Source of the DNA: a virus
Taxonomy: Duplodnaviria > Caudoviricetes
IMG/VR virus record: IMGVR_UViG_3300009502_002970
Location: 1-57,518 of that record
Strand: one strand, 5' to 3'
DNA: 57,518 nt
Below, in pieces: positions 45,842 to 56,930 of the stretch. The notes under the pieces were generated by a model. It ran no database searches and was not told where the DNA came from. It saw only the letters and a program-made list of their open reading frames with translations. Each line of letters begins with the position of its first letter. Position 1 is the stretch's first letter. The position numbers and the translations under genes are program-made.

Positions 45842-47467
45842 TTAACTGTATGCAGGACCATAAGAGCTGCAATAATCCCTACCCAATACAGGAAGGACTA
45901 CGGGAAGCTTAGAAAAAAAAAAATCACGATAAGCTCGCTGGTATTGCAGGTCGAGGCTGTAAAGGAACTGATCATCGATCAGGTGTTCCTTTATTGATTC
46001 GTTTGTAATTATGATAGGGTATAACAGATCATCCTTGTACTCGTACACTTGTTTTGAAAGGAGCATTTCTCGTAACCAGTCTTTGATCTCTTTTGTGACC
46101 CATCCGGAATTCGTTACCATAAGCTGGCCTTCGGTAACATCAAACCTTCTTGATGGTGCGTTGAAGCTGCTGGCCGGGTCGATGGTGACAGAATTACTTT
46201 GAGAACTTTCAATTTTTATTTCCGTTGAACCTATCCCGGTAAAGCGGATCACATCATAAGCTCTTCCGAAACTATTTTCAAACATGAATACACGTTCATT
46301 ATCATACTGAACCGGGTCCAGGCGGAATATCCTTCTTTCTGAAATTTCACCAAGGGCGCCATCGACGTAAATGTAAATCTCCCAATAATAAACGATGCGT
46401 GTGGGATCCACAGAGCCCAGATCAAGTTGAGAATATCCCACGGATAATTCGATAACGTCACCAGCTGAAATTCCGAATTCCTGACCGGGTCCGTCAATAG
46501 ATGTCCCATCAGTGAAATGGATGATTGAAACCATTGTACACATATTGAAGGCAGGGTCCCGGCCTACGAAAAAAAACAACTTTTCGGGAGTTGTTATTCC
46601 GGTTGTCTTATCAATCGGGGCCCAGGTCATGAATGATTTGATATTCCCGGGCTGAGTGAAAAAGTCAATATTGTTGAGATTATAATAGACCAAAGTTTCA
46701 CGGTTCAGACCTCCCTGCATGGTGGAAAGAAGATCTGAGAAATGGAGCTTGCGAATTATTCCTGAGTAATTTTCAGCGAATACGCCATAGAAATTGAAAA
46801 TGTAATTTGCAAACGTATGAACGCAAACTGAAGGATCAAAAGGGTAAGTGAAACGTGGTCCGGCGACATTTTCTGAGAGAATCGTCAGGTACTCTGAGAA
46901 ATCGAAATTTACCACACCATCAGCATCAACCGGTTTATTATCCTGGGCCAGTTTGTTATGCTGAAAATCAAACAGGCAGCCAATAACGGAAAAGCCATCA
47001 CGCAGAAGCCTTGAAACTCCTATAACCTGTGAAACTATTGAAATGGTGACTATATTGGTTGAAATAACCACGTTTGATTCATTACCGGTTTCAAGTGCTT
47101 CCACGTAGATATCCCTGTATGTTGGTTGAACTGCTAACAGGATAACTTTGAACCTTGATGTAAACTCATAATTGCTGAGTAACGCTATATAGATTTTCTG
47201 AGAAAATATAGCGAAATGGCTGGTGGTGGTTTCGGTTTGAATCTGCAAACCGGAATCATCAGGGGTTGTGGCCGTGTTAAATTCAATGGTTATATCGGAA
47301 AATTGAAAATTTAAAACATGACCGGCTGAAGGATCCCCGGCACTTACCCGAAGGTTAAAGCTGCATTTGGTTCCGGATGAGGTCAGGTAATTATCGGATA
47401 TGACCTTGAACTGAGAAGGGTTCCCGCAGAAGGCCAAGGCTGGAGGTGTTTGTAGAATAGTTAGCAT
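45842..47467 (-). CDS. Tail tip/baseplate-like protein (unit 2)
   Basis: 541 aa paralogue of 3171-4793. Confidence 0.65.
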   Translation of the reverse strand: MLTILQTPPALAFCGNPSQFKVISDNYLTSSGTKCSFNLRVSAGDPSAGHVLNFQFSDITIEFNTATTPDDSGLQIQTETTTSHFAIFSQKIYIALLSNYEFTSRFKVILLAVQPTYRDIYVEALETGNESNVVISTNIVTISIVSQVIGVSRLLRDGFSVIGCLFDFQHNKLAQDNKPVDADGVVNFDFSEYLTILSENVAGPRFTYPFDPSVCVHTFANYIFNFYGVFAENYSGIIRKLHFSDLLSTMQGGLNRETLVYYNLNNIDFFTQPGNIKSFMTWAPIDKTTGITTPEKLFFFVGRDPAFNMCTMVSIIHFTDGTSIDGPGQEFGISAGDVIELSVGYSQLDLGSVDPTRIVYYWEIYIYVDGALGEISERRIFRLDPVQYDNERVFMFENSFGRAYDVIRFTGIGSTEIKIESSQSNSVTIDPASSFNAPSRRFDVTEGQLMVTNSGWVTKEIKDWLREMLLSKQVYEYKDDLLYPIIITNESIKEHLIDDQFLYSLDLQYQRAYRDFFFSKLPVVLPVLGRDYCSSYGPAYS

Positions 47468-47507
47468 GGAACAATATTAAGTTTTGAAATGAAAAAGATA
47501 AAGGACA
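47468..47507 (-). promoter_or_regulatory. Putative late promoter, leaderless
   Basis: TGTCCTTT-N20-TAATATTG, 40 nt before ATG 47467. Confidence 0.75.
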
Positions 47508-49157
47508 TTAAAGGCATGAAAAGGCTTTAATTACCGCTGGCTTAATAGTGTCTTTGGTGAGGGTTACGGCTATTTCACTGAGCAGGTATTTATTTCCATT
47601 TACCTCATATTTACTGGAAAAATCAAGGTTTCGGATATCAAGGAAGGACAGTTGTTTGTTGAATTGAACGTTGGTTCGGCTTTCCATCATCCAATTAACC
47701 CAGGCCTTATAAAAAAGATTGAAAATCCCAACCGGGCCGTTAAAATTCAGGTCCATATTATCATTCCTTGAATGGGCCTTAATTACATCATCGACAAATG
47801 TGACAAAGATTAAACGGGGGCTGATTTTCTTCCAGTCCGCTTTAAGATTTTCACAGAAAGGGGAACCTGCTCCAAGGAATCCTGTTTGACAAAGACAGCT
47901 GAAGGCTGTATCTATTTTGAGCGTGGTATCGGTGAGGTACTTGTAATTGAATGTTGTTGAAACATCAATGGACTGGGTAAGTATTACCCAGGCGACCTTC
48001 CCTCCTGCCCCGATGGTTGCCCGGTAGAAAATATTTGAATCAATAACATACCAGACGTCACCAATCATGATGATGTTGGATATTGGACCATAGAGAAGTT
48101 GTTCCATGGTTTCAACTGATCCGGTCCATTCAATGACATTATCCTGTTCCCATTTTGTTTGATCTGTGAAGGCCTGGTCGTTATCATCGCCTTTCATGGT
48201 GAGTGTTAATCCGGTGATTCGATCACCGATTAATATTGCCATTTCTGTTACACACTCTGAAAATGGAATGACCGGCGATGAAAACAGGATATCATTGGCA
48301 CCCTTAACTGTTACTGTTTTAAGAAGGTCATTGACAAAGAACCTGCAATTAAAATATTTTTCCAGCTCATGAATAAACAGGTTCACCTTCACATGGGGAA
48401 CATGGTGCTGGTAAAAGATACTGCCCGGGTAAAGGCCGCCAAATAACTGGGCTTCATCAATATTCCATGAGTTGTATAAAACAAGGTTTGAAAGTTCATT
48501 TGTTTTCGTAAAAAACTGATCATCAAAAACATACCCGGTTAATTCGACAATTTTACTCAGGACAAAGCGTAGGTACAGGAAGGGTACCAGAATACTCAAA
48601 TGTCTTGTTTCTCCAACATCCCTTAACCCGGTGGGACTATGGGTATAGTAATAATTGTAGAATGCCTGGAATTCATCACTCATAACCACTCCTGTAAACA
48701 TATCATTCTCAATCATCGGGAAGGCAATATTTACTTCAGGGAAGCATTTTGAGCATGTTTCATTATAAAAGGCCATGGCTGCGGTTTCTGAATCGTACAA
48801 TTCATGGCCCAGGTCAAGTTCATGAAGCATCAAATTTGCAATCTGCCAGTTAAAATTTCCCTTATCCAGGTACAATACACCTTCAAAAAATGAACCGGCA
48901 GTCCTAATCCGCAGGGTCCCGCTGAAAATTTCAATGCCACACCATAATACATCGGTGGGAAAATACTGGTATTTGTCATTTGAATTTTCAACCCGGTGAA
49001 TGAAATTCAATATCCTTTTGTTGGGATTGGTCAGGGGAAGTTTGAACGGGTAGGAATAATCACCTACATCATTAAATAAGGGCGAAGAGAATTTTAAGGC
49101 GATGGCGATATCGGGACTGATATCTAAAAATTCATCTAAGGTTCGAAGTGCTAACAT
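47508..49157 (-). CDS. Distal tail/hub-like protein (unit 2)
   Basis: 549 aa paralogue of 4834-6477. Confidence 0.65.
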   Translation of the reverse strand: MLALRTLDEFLDISPDIAIALKFSSPLFNDVGDYSYPFKLPLTNPNKRILNFIHRVENSNDKYQYFPTDVLWCGIEIFSGTLRIRTAGSFFEGVLYLDKGNFNWQIANLMLHELDLGHELYDSETAAMAFYNETCSKCFPEVNIAFPMIENDMFTGVVMSDEFQAFYNYYYTHSPTGLRDVGETRHLSILVPFLYLRFVLSKIVELTGYVFDDQFFTKTNELSNLVLYNSWNIDEAQLFGGLYPGSIFYQHHVPHVKVNLFIHELEKYFNCRFFVNDLLKTVTVKGANDILFSSPVIPFSECVTEMAILIGDRITGLTLTMKGDDNDQAFTDQTKWEQDNVIEWTGSVETMEQLLYGPISNIIMIGDVWYVIDSNIFYRATIGAGGKVAWVILTQSIDVSTTFNYKYLTDTTLKIDTAFSCLCQTGFLGAGSPFCENLKADWKKISPRLIFVTFVDDVIKAHSRNDNMDLNFNGPVGIFNLFYKAWVNWMMESRTNVQFNKQLSFLDIRNLDFSSKYEVNGNKYLLSEIAVTLTKDTIKPAVIKAFSCL

Positions 49158-49160
49158 GGA

Positions 49161-52100
49161 TTACTGTTTTGAAACGTCTGATTCAATTACTCTCATTTTA
49201 TCATCTGCAATTCTGAAATCACTGTAAACCATGTATGAACGCAAACCGTTCTTTGCATGGTTGTTCAGTTCTTTGATGGCGCTGAGTAGTTCATCATTCT
49301 TATCACTCTGGCCGGGAGGGAGTGCCTGTGCCTGGCTGGTGCTTGTAGGGTAACTGCCGGTTGCGAATTGTGCAACCCGGGCGTGTTGGATGGCATCAAT
49401 AACATGAGGGTAATTCACCATCAGGTTTTTGGTGGTGGCCGGATCGATGACAAATTCTCCACCAGTCTCGCTGATCAGCGTGGGCGATGTATATAAACCG
49501 GTTGCCGGGTTAGGTACCATCGGAACATCTTTGTACAGTTTATTATCATCCTGGCCGATGACAGAATACCTCCCGGCTGCGGCCTGTGGAACCTTTTGGT
49601 TCAGGATGTAACCAACCTGAACGGCACCCAGGGCAGCGGTGATGATGGAAAGCACGATCCCGGTCCCGGGACCTGCGGTAAGGGCAGCGGCCACGGCAGC
49701 TGCAACGTTGATCAGCGCATTGAACAGGGCTATTTCCTTGGCTCGTTCAGCCTGGTCATGGTCCATCTTCTTTTTCTTGGCGGCAATATCAGCATCCATT
49801 TTGCCTACCCGGGCATCATACTGGGTTTTGTTTATGATACCGGAATCAAGTTGTTTTTTAAGGTTGTCTTTTTTCTCGGTATTATTTTGTTCATCGATTT
49901 TCAGTTGATCATTTTCCATGTTGTTCTGCATGGAAAATATCTGCGACAATCCTCCTACAGCGGCGTTTGCAACGGAAACGGCGCTTTCTGCGAACTTCTT
50001 AACATTTTCTTTATTCAGTTTTATTGTCCTGTCTGCAACCTCATGATCCATTTGTTCTTTGATCTCATTTGTTTTAATGGAATCATGAAGGTTAGCATCA
50101 AGGAGTTTTTTGTATTTTGCGTTTACCTCAAGCTGAATTTTGATTTTATCTTCAGCAAGGGCACGGTCACTTTTCAGCTTGAGGTTATTCAGATCTTCGG
50201 TAAACTTTAAATCTGCCGCCTCCCGAACATCTTTATTCTCTTGTCGTTCCGCATATTTTAATTTATCGATATCCTTCTGAATCTTTTTCAGGGATTCAGC
50301 TTTATGTTCTGCAGCAGAAATGATCTTCGCAGCATCACCATTGGCGGCCTTTATCTCTTCGGCATATTTGAAATCTACCGCACCAAGGATCTCTTTTCGG
50401 GCATCATCATATTTCTTTTTTACTTCGTAAAGTTGTCTCTGTGTTATAGACAATCTGGCTACCCGTAAATTTTCATGAATCAACTTTACATCATCTGAAA
50501 ACTTTTGTTCTGCCTGGATTAAAACCTGATTAACCTGGGTTGTTCGTGCGATCTGGAGTTTGGTAACATTATCATCAATTTCCGTTTTCTGAGCAGGAGT
50601 CAAAAGTTTGGCATTATCTTCCTTGTACTTCAGTGCCTTTTTGATCATGGCATCGTACTTTTCTTCCACCTGGCGAATTTCAGCCTGAGTTTGCGTCAAT
50701 TTATCAGCGTAATTCTTCCCCTCCATTTCTTTGATAGAATCCATGAGGTTCTTATAAGATTCCTGAATTTTATCCAGGTGTTCTTGCGTTTTTTTACCAT
50801 CGTTAGTTCTATGATCAATTTCTGTCTTGGCAGAAGCGGCCAACCTTTTTTCCGTCTCGGTGGCGCCCATCACGGCGCCGGCATCGACAAAGTGCTGTAA
50901 TTCATCGATTGTTTTCTTTTTGAACTCACTCACATCTACAACTGACTTTTTGGAATCTGCGGCCTCCTTATCACGGGCTTCTTTTTCCTTTTTGAAATTA
51001 TCAATGGCGGCCTGCAGGGAATCACCCCGAAGTACGCCTAATTTCAAAGTAATGGCTATCTGGTTGTTTAACCTTTCCTGATTTGCAGCCATTTCCTTAC
51101 CAACCTCTGCCTGGGTTGCATCACGCATTTCAAGGTCATGGTACCCGGAAGAAATGGTATAAGTGCCTCTTGGTGATTGAATAGATTCAATATCCGGCTT
51201 ATGTATTTTTAACTCTTTATTAGCTTTATCAAGGTCTTTTTGTGTTTCTTCGATGGCCTTTTTATTGGTGTATTGCAACAGGATGATCTGGTTTTTAATA
51301 TAATCCCTGACCTTATCGCTTGAAATGCTGATGGCGTTACCATATTTATCGAAGGCATCGGCAGCGCCAGGCATTACAGCGGTAACGTCACCAATGATTT
51401 TTTTTAATTCCCCCTGTTCATCTGAAGAGAGATTTGTTTTTGAACTTAACTCATCATACCGGGATAACAGGGGAGTTGTTTCGTTGACTAATTGACCTAC
51501 TGAGGTACTCAGTTCCTCAAACTTTTTCACTGCAGACTTGTTTTCTTCATTCAACCTGGCGATATGTCCGGTAATGGAATCAAACCAGCTTTTAGCTCCC
51601 TGTAGTGCGGATTGGTAAAAGGTTCCGGAACCCAAAATATATTCACCCAAGGTTCTTTGAAGTACAGACCATGACTTTTCGGCCATGATGATCATTCCAC
51701 CGGTTGTCTTAGCTTCATCTTCGGCCAGGCCTGCATATTTCGCACCAATCATATCAATAGCAGCGCCATTATATAGCTGATCCTTCGTTAAATCTTTAAA
51801 TCCGGCTGATAATTTCAGAAGGCCTTTACCCATGCGGCCCTCCATTGTGGCATCAAGTTCCTCTACGGCACTCTGAAGGCTCTGCCCAGTGACCACGGCC
51901 AGATCCTGTGCGGCTACAATAGTTTTACGGATTTGATCGGGGGTGCGCTGCTGGATGGCTAAGAACTTTTCAGCCTGTTCAATTTCAAGTCTTCCATTGG
52001 TGGTTACTCCTGCCCTCTCCCGGGCAAGGCCGATAAGTTCTTTTTGTGAGGATTTGTTTTTATCCAGTACCAGGAGCAGGATATTTTCAGTGTCCTTTAA

Positions 52101-52466
52101 CTCTACGGCTTTTTTGATGCCTTCCTTGAAATATTCAGCCATTTTATCAACTGCAAAGGCAGCTAATAGAGCACCACCAAACTCTAAGACCTTTTCTTTG
52201 AGGTTGGCAAACATACCTTCCATTGTGAACTGGCCACGTTTCATTTCCTCTGTCATGGCCTTGGTTTGCGTTTTGGTATCGACAATGGAGGTATTCAGTT
52301 TTTGAATTTCCTTCGACTTGTCAGCCAGCTCCTGGCTACCTTTTGCACAATTACGCCATTCAGCTGTAAGCTGTTTGACTGCATTTTCCATCTCTTTAAT
52401 CGTGGCATTTGCCTGTTTGCCGTCAAGGATTACTTTTGCTTTCGCTTCTTCTGTTTGTGCTGCCAT
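49161..52466 (-). CDS. Tape measure protein (unit 2)
   Basis: 1101 aa paralogue of 6480-9782. Confidence 0.9.
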   Translation of the reverse strand: MAAQTEEAKAKVILDGKQANATIKEMENAVKQLTAEWRNCAKGSQELADKSKEIQKLNTSIVDTKTQTKAMTEEMKRGQFTMEGMFANLKEKVLEFGGALLAAFAVDKMAEYFKEGIKKAVELKDTENILLLVLDKNKSSQKELIGLARERAGVTTNGRLEIEQAEKFLAIQQRTPDQIRKTIVAAQDLAVVTGQSLQSAVEELDATMEGRMGKGLLKLSAGFKDLTKDQLYNGAAIDMIGAKYAGLAEDEAKTTGGMIIMAEKSWSVLQRTLGEYILGSGTFYQSALQGAKSWFDSITGHIARLNEENKSAVKKFEELSTSVGQLVNETTPLLSRYDELSSKTNLSSDEQGELKKIIGDVTAVMPGAADAFDKYGNAISISSDKVRDYIKNQIILLQYTNKKAIEETQKDLDKANKELKIHKPDIESIQSPRGTYTISSGYHDLEMRDATQAEVGKEMAANQERLNNQIAITLKLGVLRGDSLQAAIDNFKKEKEARDKEAADSKKSVVDVSEFKKKTIDELQHFVDAGAVMGATETEKRLAASAKTEIDHRTNDGKKTQEHLDKIQESYKNLMDSIKEMEGKNYADKLTQTQAEIRQVEEKYDAMIKKALKYKEDNAKLLTPAQKTEIDDNVTKLQIARTTQVNQVLIQAEQKFSDDVKLIHENLRVARLSITQRQLYEVKKKYDDARKEILGAVDFKYAEEIKAANGDAAKIISAAEHKAESLKKIQKDIDKLKYAERQENKDVREAADLKFTEDLNNLKLKSDRALAEDKIKIQLEVNAKYKKLLDANLHDSIKTNEIKEQMDHEVADRTIKLNKENVKKFAESAVSVANAAVGGLSQIFSMQNNMENDQLKIDEQNNTEKKDNLKKQLDSGIINKTQYDARVGKMDADIAAKKKKMDHDQAERAKEIALFNALINVAAAVAAALTAGPGTGIVLSIITAALGAVQVGYILNQKVPQAAAGRYSVIGQDDNKLYKDVPMVPNPATGLYTSPTLISETGGEFVIDPATTKNLMVNYPHVIDAIQHARVAQFATGSYPTSTSQAQALPPGQSDKNDELLSAIKELNNHAKNGLRSYMVYSDFRIADDKMRVIESDVSKQ

Positions 52467-52894
52467 TACAATGAAATTGTTTTTTCATTAATATCTTCTG
52501 TGATTTGCAAAATTCCTTTATGTGCAAAATCCCGGGCCATGATCTCCCGCAGGGTTGCCACTTCATGGTAAAATGTTTTGCCATACCATTTTTTGGCAAC
52601 CCTGCGGTTTCCAAGCATTTTGCCTTCTAGGTACCTGGATGTTTTATTTTCACGAACATCTGAAATACGTACTCCCCTACCCACACCCATATCTACGAAC
52701 CTGCCTGTATATTTAAAGCCGAACTCGATGGAGATAACATTTCCATCGGGGTCGGCTGAAATTTTGCTTTTGAAGGATGATCGAAGAGATTTACCCAGGA
52801 TCTTGTATTTCCAGAGTTTTTCTTTCCAGACCTTTATCGTAAAGAAGGCCCATTTGTCAGCGACCTCCCGGGGGGTGAATTTTACTTTGTCCAT
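52466..52894 (-). CDS. Neck/tail-completion-like protein (unit 2)
   Basis: Start MDKVK supported by promoter spacing and homology. Confidence 0.55.
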   Translation of the reverse strand: MDKVKFTPREVADKWAFFTIKVWKEKLWKYKILGKSLRSSFKSKISADPDGNVISIEFGFKYTGRFVDMGVGRGVRISDVRENKTSRYLEGKMLGNRRVAKKWYGKTFYHEVATLREIMARDFAHKGILQITEDINEKTISL

Positions 52895-52934
52895 GGGGCA
52901 AAGGAACAACCTGAATGCCCGGGAACAAAGGACA
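52895..52934 (-). promoter_or_regulatory. Putative late promoter, leaderless
   Basis: TGTCCTTT-N20-TTCCTTTG, 40 nt before ATG 52894. Confidence 0.65.
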
Positions 52935-52936
52935 GA

Positions 52937-53452
52937 TTACATCTGTGGTTCTGGTTTGATTTTTGGGAAACTCCAACAATCCGGATTATATGATTGGGAT
53001 AAGGCTGTTTCAATTTTGAAATTAAATATGAACCCGAAGCATTTATCCCAAATACCATCAATCATCTGGTAACTGACCGAATTGAGGTTGAATCCATTGA
53101 GCCAGGTGTTTGTCATTGAAAGCCGGTTGATTGCATCATGCTCCATTTTGAGGATGATATCCAGGCCTATTGTTTTCATGCGATCCAAAATGTCCATTTC
53201 TGTGGTGAAATCCGTTGGGTCATCAAGGAAATCAAGCAGCATGAAGCCTCCCTGAATACCGTCCAGAATATTATCACGGTTGTTGGCGAGCAACGTGCCG
53301 GTTACGGCATGAAGCACCAGCATTGGGAATTTCATATCAGCATGAAAGGCTATTAATGGCTCATTAATGTCCATCATGTAAAAACTGTTGATTGCAGGAT
53401 GCAGGTCTTGCAAAGTTCTGAAATAGCTGATGTAGGAATTTACACTATTCAT
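52937..53452 (-). CDS. Tail terminator-like protein (unit 2)
   Basis: Paralogue of 10262-10771. Confidence 0.5.
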   Translation of the reverse strand: MNSVNSYISYFRTLQDLHPAINSFYMMDINEPLIAFHADMKFPMLVLHAVTGTLLANNRDNILDGIQGGFMLLDFLDDPTDFTTEMDILDRMKTIGLDIILKMEHDAINRLSMTNTWLNGFNLNSVSYQMIDGIWDKCFGFIFNFKIETALSQSYNPDCWSFPKIKPEPQM

Positions 53453-54257
53453 TTGTGGGATATTTTCTCATGAATTCTAAATAATCAATCGACTGTTTTT
53501 CAAGGCCAAAGAACACGTTATATACATTGGAATTCATCACCCGTTCAAGGCTTTTATCATCTGTCTTGCCATCGGCCAGGGAGATGATCAGCGACACCCA
53601 GCCGTCAAGCTGAGTACTTTCCTTTTTGGCTGTTGGTTTATAAACGTTGGGGTACCGGATGGTGAGGGATGACTGAATCCCGGAAAAGAACAAAAGAACC
53701 GCATATTTTATTTCGATGGGTACTTTCTCAAACCTTTGGGCTCTTCGCCCGAGTGTTCTGTCGTAAAACATTTGCCGGGGATCTGTAGCCTGGCCAAAGT
53801 GTTTGCGGATGAACCAGAAGGTTTTTTTAGGCCGGAATAAAATTGCCACCATTTCATTTAGTGCCATTGGGTCTTTTGTTTTGGAGTACAGGTCAAAGCG
53901 CATCTGTGCTTTGGCAAACTCCCCGAAGGTGCTCTCTGACATACTGTCCATGGGGCCGTGATACCGGGTCCATGGGTATCCTTTAACGCGGATGGTCTTT
54001 ATCAGGGCCCTGGTGAGGGTAACATCCAACTGCAGGAAATCAAAGGTGGTTGAAAGGAAAATTACATCTTCGGGTGAAATTGTCCTGAAAAGCTTTTTGC
54101 TGATGCCCAGGAACCTTTTTAACACCTTCAGTTTAAAAGGGATGGTCCTGATTTCCGTGTTGAAAAGGCCGCAGACATACAGCAATTGTTTGCGCGTTAA
54201 TTCATTCCAGCTCCCGGGCAGGGTGCATTGTACCGAATTGATCTGTACCTGGTTCAT
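53445..54257 (-). CDS. Phage protein, possible tail chaperone (unit 2)
   Basis: 270 aa paralogue of 10764-11576. Confidence 0.5.
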   Translation of the reverse strand: MNQVQINSVQCTLPGSWNELTRKQLLYVCGLFNTEIRTIPFKLKVLKRFLGISKKLFRTISPEDVIFLSTTFDFLQLDVTLTRALIKTIRVKGYPWTRYHGPMDSMSESTFGEFAKAQMRFDLYSKTKDPMALNEMVAILFRPKKTFWFIRKHFGQATDPRQMFYDRTLGRRAQRFEKVPIEIKYAVLLFFSGIQSSLTIRYPNVYKPTAKKESTQLDGWVSLIISLADGKTDDKSLERVMNSNVYNVFFGLEKQSIDYLEFMRKYPTNE

Positions 54258-54532
54258 ATTGAAATTAAAAGCATTATTATGACAAGTGCCATTGATCTTC
54301 GCAGCCCTTTTCTTTTTAAAATGACCTTTTTTTCAGGTGGTTTCACCCGGGGCAATAATTGATCCGGATGGTTGAAATGGTGTTCTGTCTTAACGATAAG
54401 GAATTCGTTTGCCAAAGCTTCGAACTTCCCTGTCATATCCTTAAAATCGGCCCTTTGGTTCTTCTGGCCGAAAAGATAGGCTCCATTGAGCAGGGCGATA
54501 ATGCCGAGTAATATTGTGTTGTCTGCTAACAT
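54254..54532 (-). CDS. Small membrane protein (unit 2)
   Basis: Paralogue of 11561-11851. Confidence 0.45.
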   Translation of the reverse strand: MLADNTILLGIIALLNGAYLFGQKNQRADFKDMTGKFEALANEFLIVKTEHHFNHPDQLLPRVKPPEKKVILKRKGLRRSMALVIIMLLISI

Positions 54533-54543
54533 CTTTATCTGTT

Positions 54544-55599
54544 TTAAACTACGAAAATCGCATTGGTTGCCGAGTTGACAAATTCCCCTCTGGTGGTAGC
54601 GGCCACCGGGCCGACATATTTAATTGACCTGACATATGCAGCATACAGATCAGCGGTTGCCGTGGTATCAAGAAACTCCTGCAATGCTTTCAGATTGGCG
54701 TCACCATCACGACGATGAGCCTGTTGCATGGTATCAATTCTGGATTCATTGGCCAGGTTCTTATTCTGAACATTATTGAAGGTGTTGGATGAATTGTTGA
54801 AAATACCCCAGTCCAGCATATCAATGTTGATTTCCTCCAGTGCCCGGGCCATGGTCAGGTGAACCAGCGCAGGCAGTATCATGTCAAGCAGCGCATGATC
54901 TTCGGGGGTTAATGTCTGATCAGGTCTGTTATTTAAATATAGCAGATCATATAATTCCCGGGTCATCGTTGGGATGATATATCTTTCTGTTACACTTTTC
55001 ATCACTGGCAGCAAGGAAAGAAAAACTCTGCGGGATGAATGGATATCGGTATAAATCTGAAAATTGGCGGCACTGCGGATCAGTGCGGATGAATCATAGA
55101 AATCACCGAACTTGTCATCAAATTCACTGGCAAAATCCTCAATTAATTTCAGGGCAAGGTCAATATTCTGATGTGCCCTGGTCAGAAGGGTTTCCTTCAT
55201 GTTCATGATCTGGTACTGGGGGGCCGGTTTATTGTTATCAGATTGAACAACCTGGATCCCGGCGCCTGAAACATAAACGGCCAACTCGTCAGTACTGAGC
55301 CACAAGGCATATAAGGCTTCTGCTTTTCGCAACAAGTGAATAAGTTGAAAATAATGTAATATTTTCGACTGTTCTACATCAATACAGGGTTGTTCTTCCT
55401 TATAATCGGGCGTATTCAGCGTAGGATCAGCTTCATTCTGGGCGATCACAAACGATTTGTATAACAGGTTGGGGGGGAACAAAGGGACGATAAAAACATT
55501 GTATGCATCCTCAAGGTAGGGCAGCAATGCTTCAATTCTTAATGACGTGTTCAGGGTGGTTGCCTCTCTCACCTGGTCCATGTTGGTTACGTAGTTCAT
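54544..55599 (-). CDS. DUF6712-like adaptor (unit 2)
   Basis: Paralogue of 11866-12924. Confidence 0.65.
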   Translation of the reverse strand: MNYVTNMDQVREATTLNTSLRIEALLPYLEDAYNVFIVPLFPPNLLYKSFVIAQNEADPTLNTPDYKEEQPCIDVEQSKILHYFQLIHLLRKAEALYALWLSTDELAVYVSGAGIQVVQSDNNKPAPQYQIMNMKETLLTRAHQNIDLALKLIEDFASEFDDKFGDFYDSSALIRSAANFQIYTDIHSSRRVFLSLLPVMKSVTERYIIPTMTRELYDLLYLNNRPDQTLTPEDHALLDMILPALVHLTMARALEEINIDMLDWGIFNNSSNTFNNVQNKNLANESRIDTMQQAHRRDGDANLKALQEFLDTTATADLYAAYVRSIKYVGPVAATTRGEFVNSATNAIFVV

Positions 55600-56930
55600 G
55601 CCTGTGTTTTGTCTATTTTCTGGTTGATTTTTGAAGGATGCTGGTTTTGAGTTTGCGATGTATCAACGCAAACGTAATCGAACTGAATCGCGGGGTCCCA
55701 TTTGTTGAAATCACGGATAAAATACAAAGGTGAAAGGCTTACGGACCGGTCAGTGCCCATATCGGCATTGAGCATCCAGTAAGCCTCACGTTTATCTGAC
55801 CCGCTGCCGGCGCCGATGGCGCTGCCCGGGTTCCCGGCTCCGATCAGACAGGGATCAACGCCCATTGCGAACAGAATTTCAGAATTTGCAGCTTGACTGT
55901 CGGGTAGGTAAGCCTGGTTGTCAAGTTTGTTCTGGATGACTTCGATTTTCCAGCCCGTTAAATAATCCTGCTTTACCTTATTGAAAAACGAATAGGAAAT
56001 AAATGACTTGCCTGAGTTTTCCACGTTGGAAAGGAAGTCATTCATGTCGGTGAGCACGGCCAGCCTTTTCACTTCTCTTTCTTCTTTGGTGAAGTCCTTA
56101 TCAGGGTAGCGTTCGGTAAAATAGTTATCCGGAATCTGGATATGGTATTTTATCGTCATCTGGTTTTTCATGATAGCGCTTTTCAGAACCGGCACGCTGG
56201 AGGCAATGTTCATCCATGTGTTCAGTCTTACCGCATTCCAAACGGGCAAATGGTAATATGACCGGTTAAAGCTGCGGTAAGAAAGATGCATTGCGAAATT
56301 CGGGTCGGGATATTTTGTTCCATCATACTGATCGGGGTTCCACATCGGAATTTCTTTGACCAGCACACCGTCGTTTGAAGGTCTCATTTCCCACCGGGCT
56401 GAAAGGTACATGGAGTCAATTCTGTTGTTTACATCCATCTTGGCCATCCTGCAATACGCGGGATCCTTTACAAAAACACGGTTTATCTTGTCTTTGCCTT
56501 TGTTCATGATCATTTCGAGCCATGTGTTTGCAAATGTCTCAAGGCCCATGATCAAATCGGGCCACTGGAGGTTGATCTGGTTAAGCCTTAAAAACTCTAC
56601 CACCTCAGGATCTGTGACAGGAACCCGCAGCGGGGCAGCTCCGGGGCCGGACGGGTCCGGGGATTCCCGGTAGCAGATAATACCTCTTCCGAAATGGACA
56701 CGTTTACGTTTGTCCAGGGCACGGAATGCCACCGAGTTTTTTTCAAGGTCGGTGATCACCTCTTGGGGGAACAAATTGGAATCACCCCAATTTGACCATT
56801 CCTGCGGTGAAATGTCGTACGGGGCGGTTACGTTCTGTGCACCTGCATCGGCGAAGGCTGATTTGGGGCCAACAATTGCTTTGCCACCAGGCAGGATGGC
56901 ATACTCTCCGGAAATAATGATGTCGCTCAT
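55596..56930 (-). CDS. Portal protein (unit 2)
   Basis: Paralogue of 12921-14249. Confidence 0.8.
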   Translation of the reverse strand: MSDIIISGEYAILPGGKAIVGPKSAFADAGAQNVTAPYDISPQEWSNWGDSNLFPQEVITDLEKNSVAFRALDKRKRVHFGRGIICYRESPDPSGPGAAPLRVPVTDPEVVEFLRLNQINLQWPDLIMGLETFANTWLEMIMNKGKDKINRVFVKDPAYCRMAKMDVNNRIDSMYLSARWEMRPSNDGVLVKEIPMWNPDQYDGTKYPDPNFAMHLSYRSFNRSYYHLPVWNAVRLNTWMNIASSVPVLKSAIMKNQMTIKYHIQIPDNYFTERYPDKDFTKEEREVKRLAVLTDMNDFLSNVENSGKSFISYSFFNKVKQDYLTGWKIEVIQNKLDNQAYLPDSQAANSEILFAMGVDPCLIGAGNPGSAIGAGSGSDKREAYWMLNADMGTDRSVSLSPLYFIRDFNKWDPAIQFDYVCVDTSQTQNQHPSKINQKIDKTQA

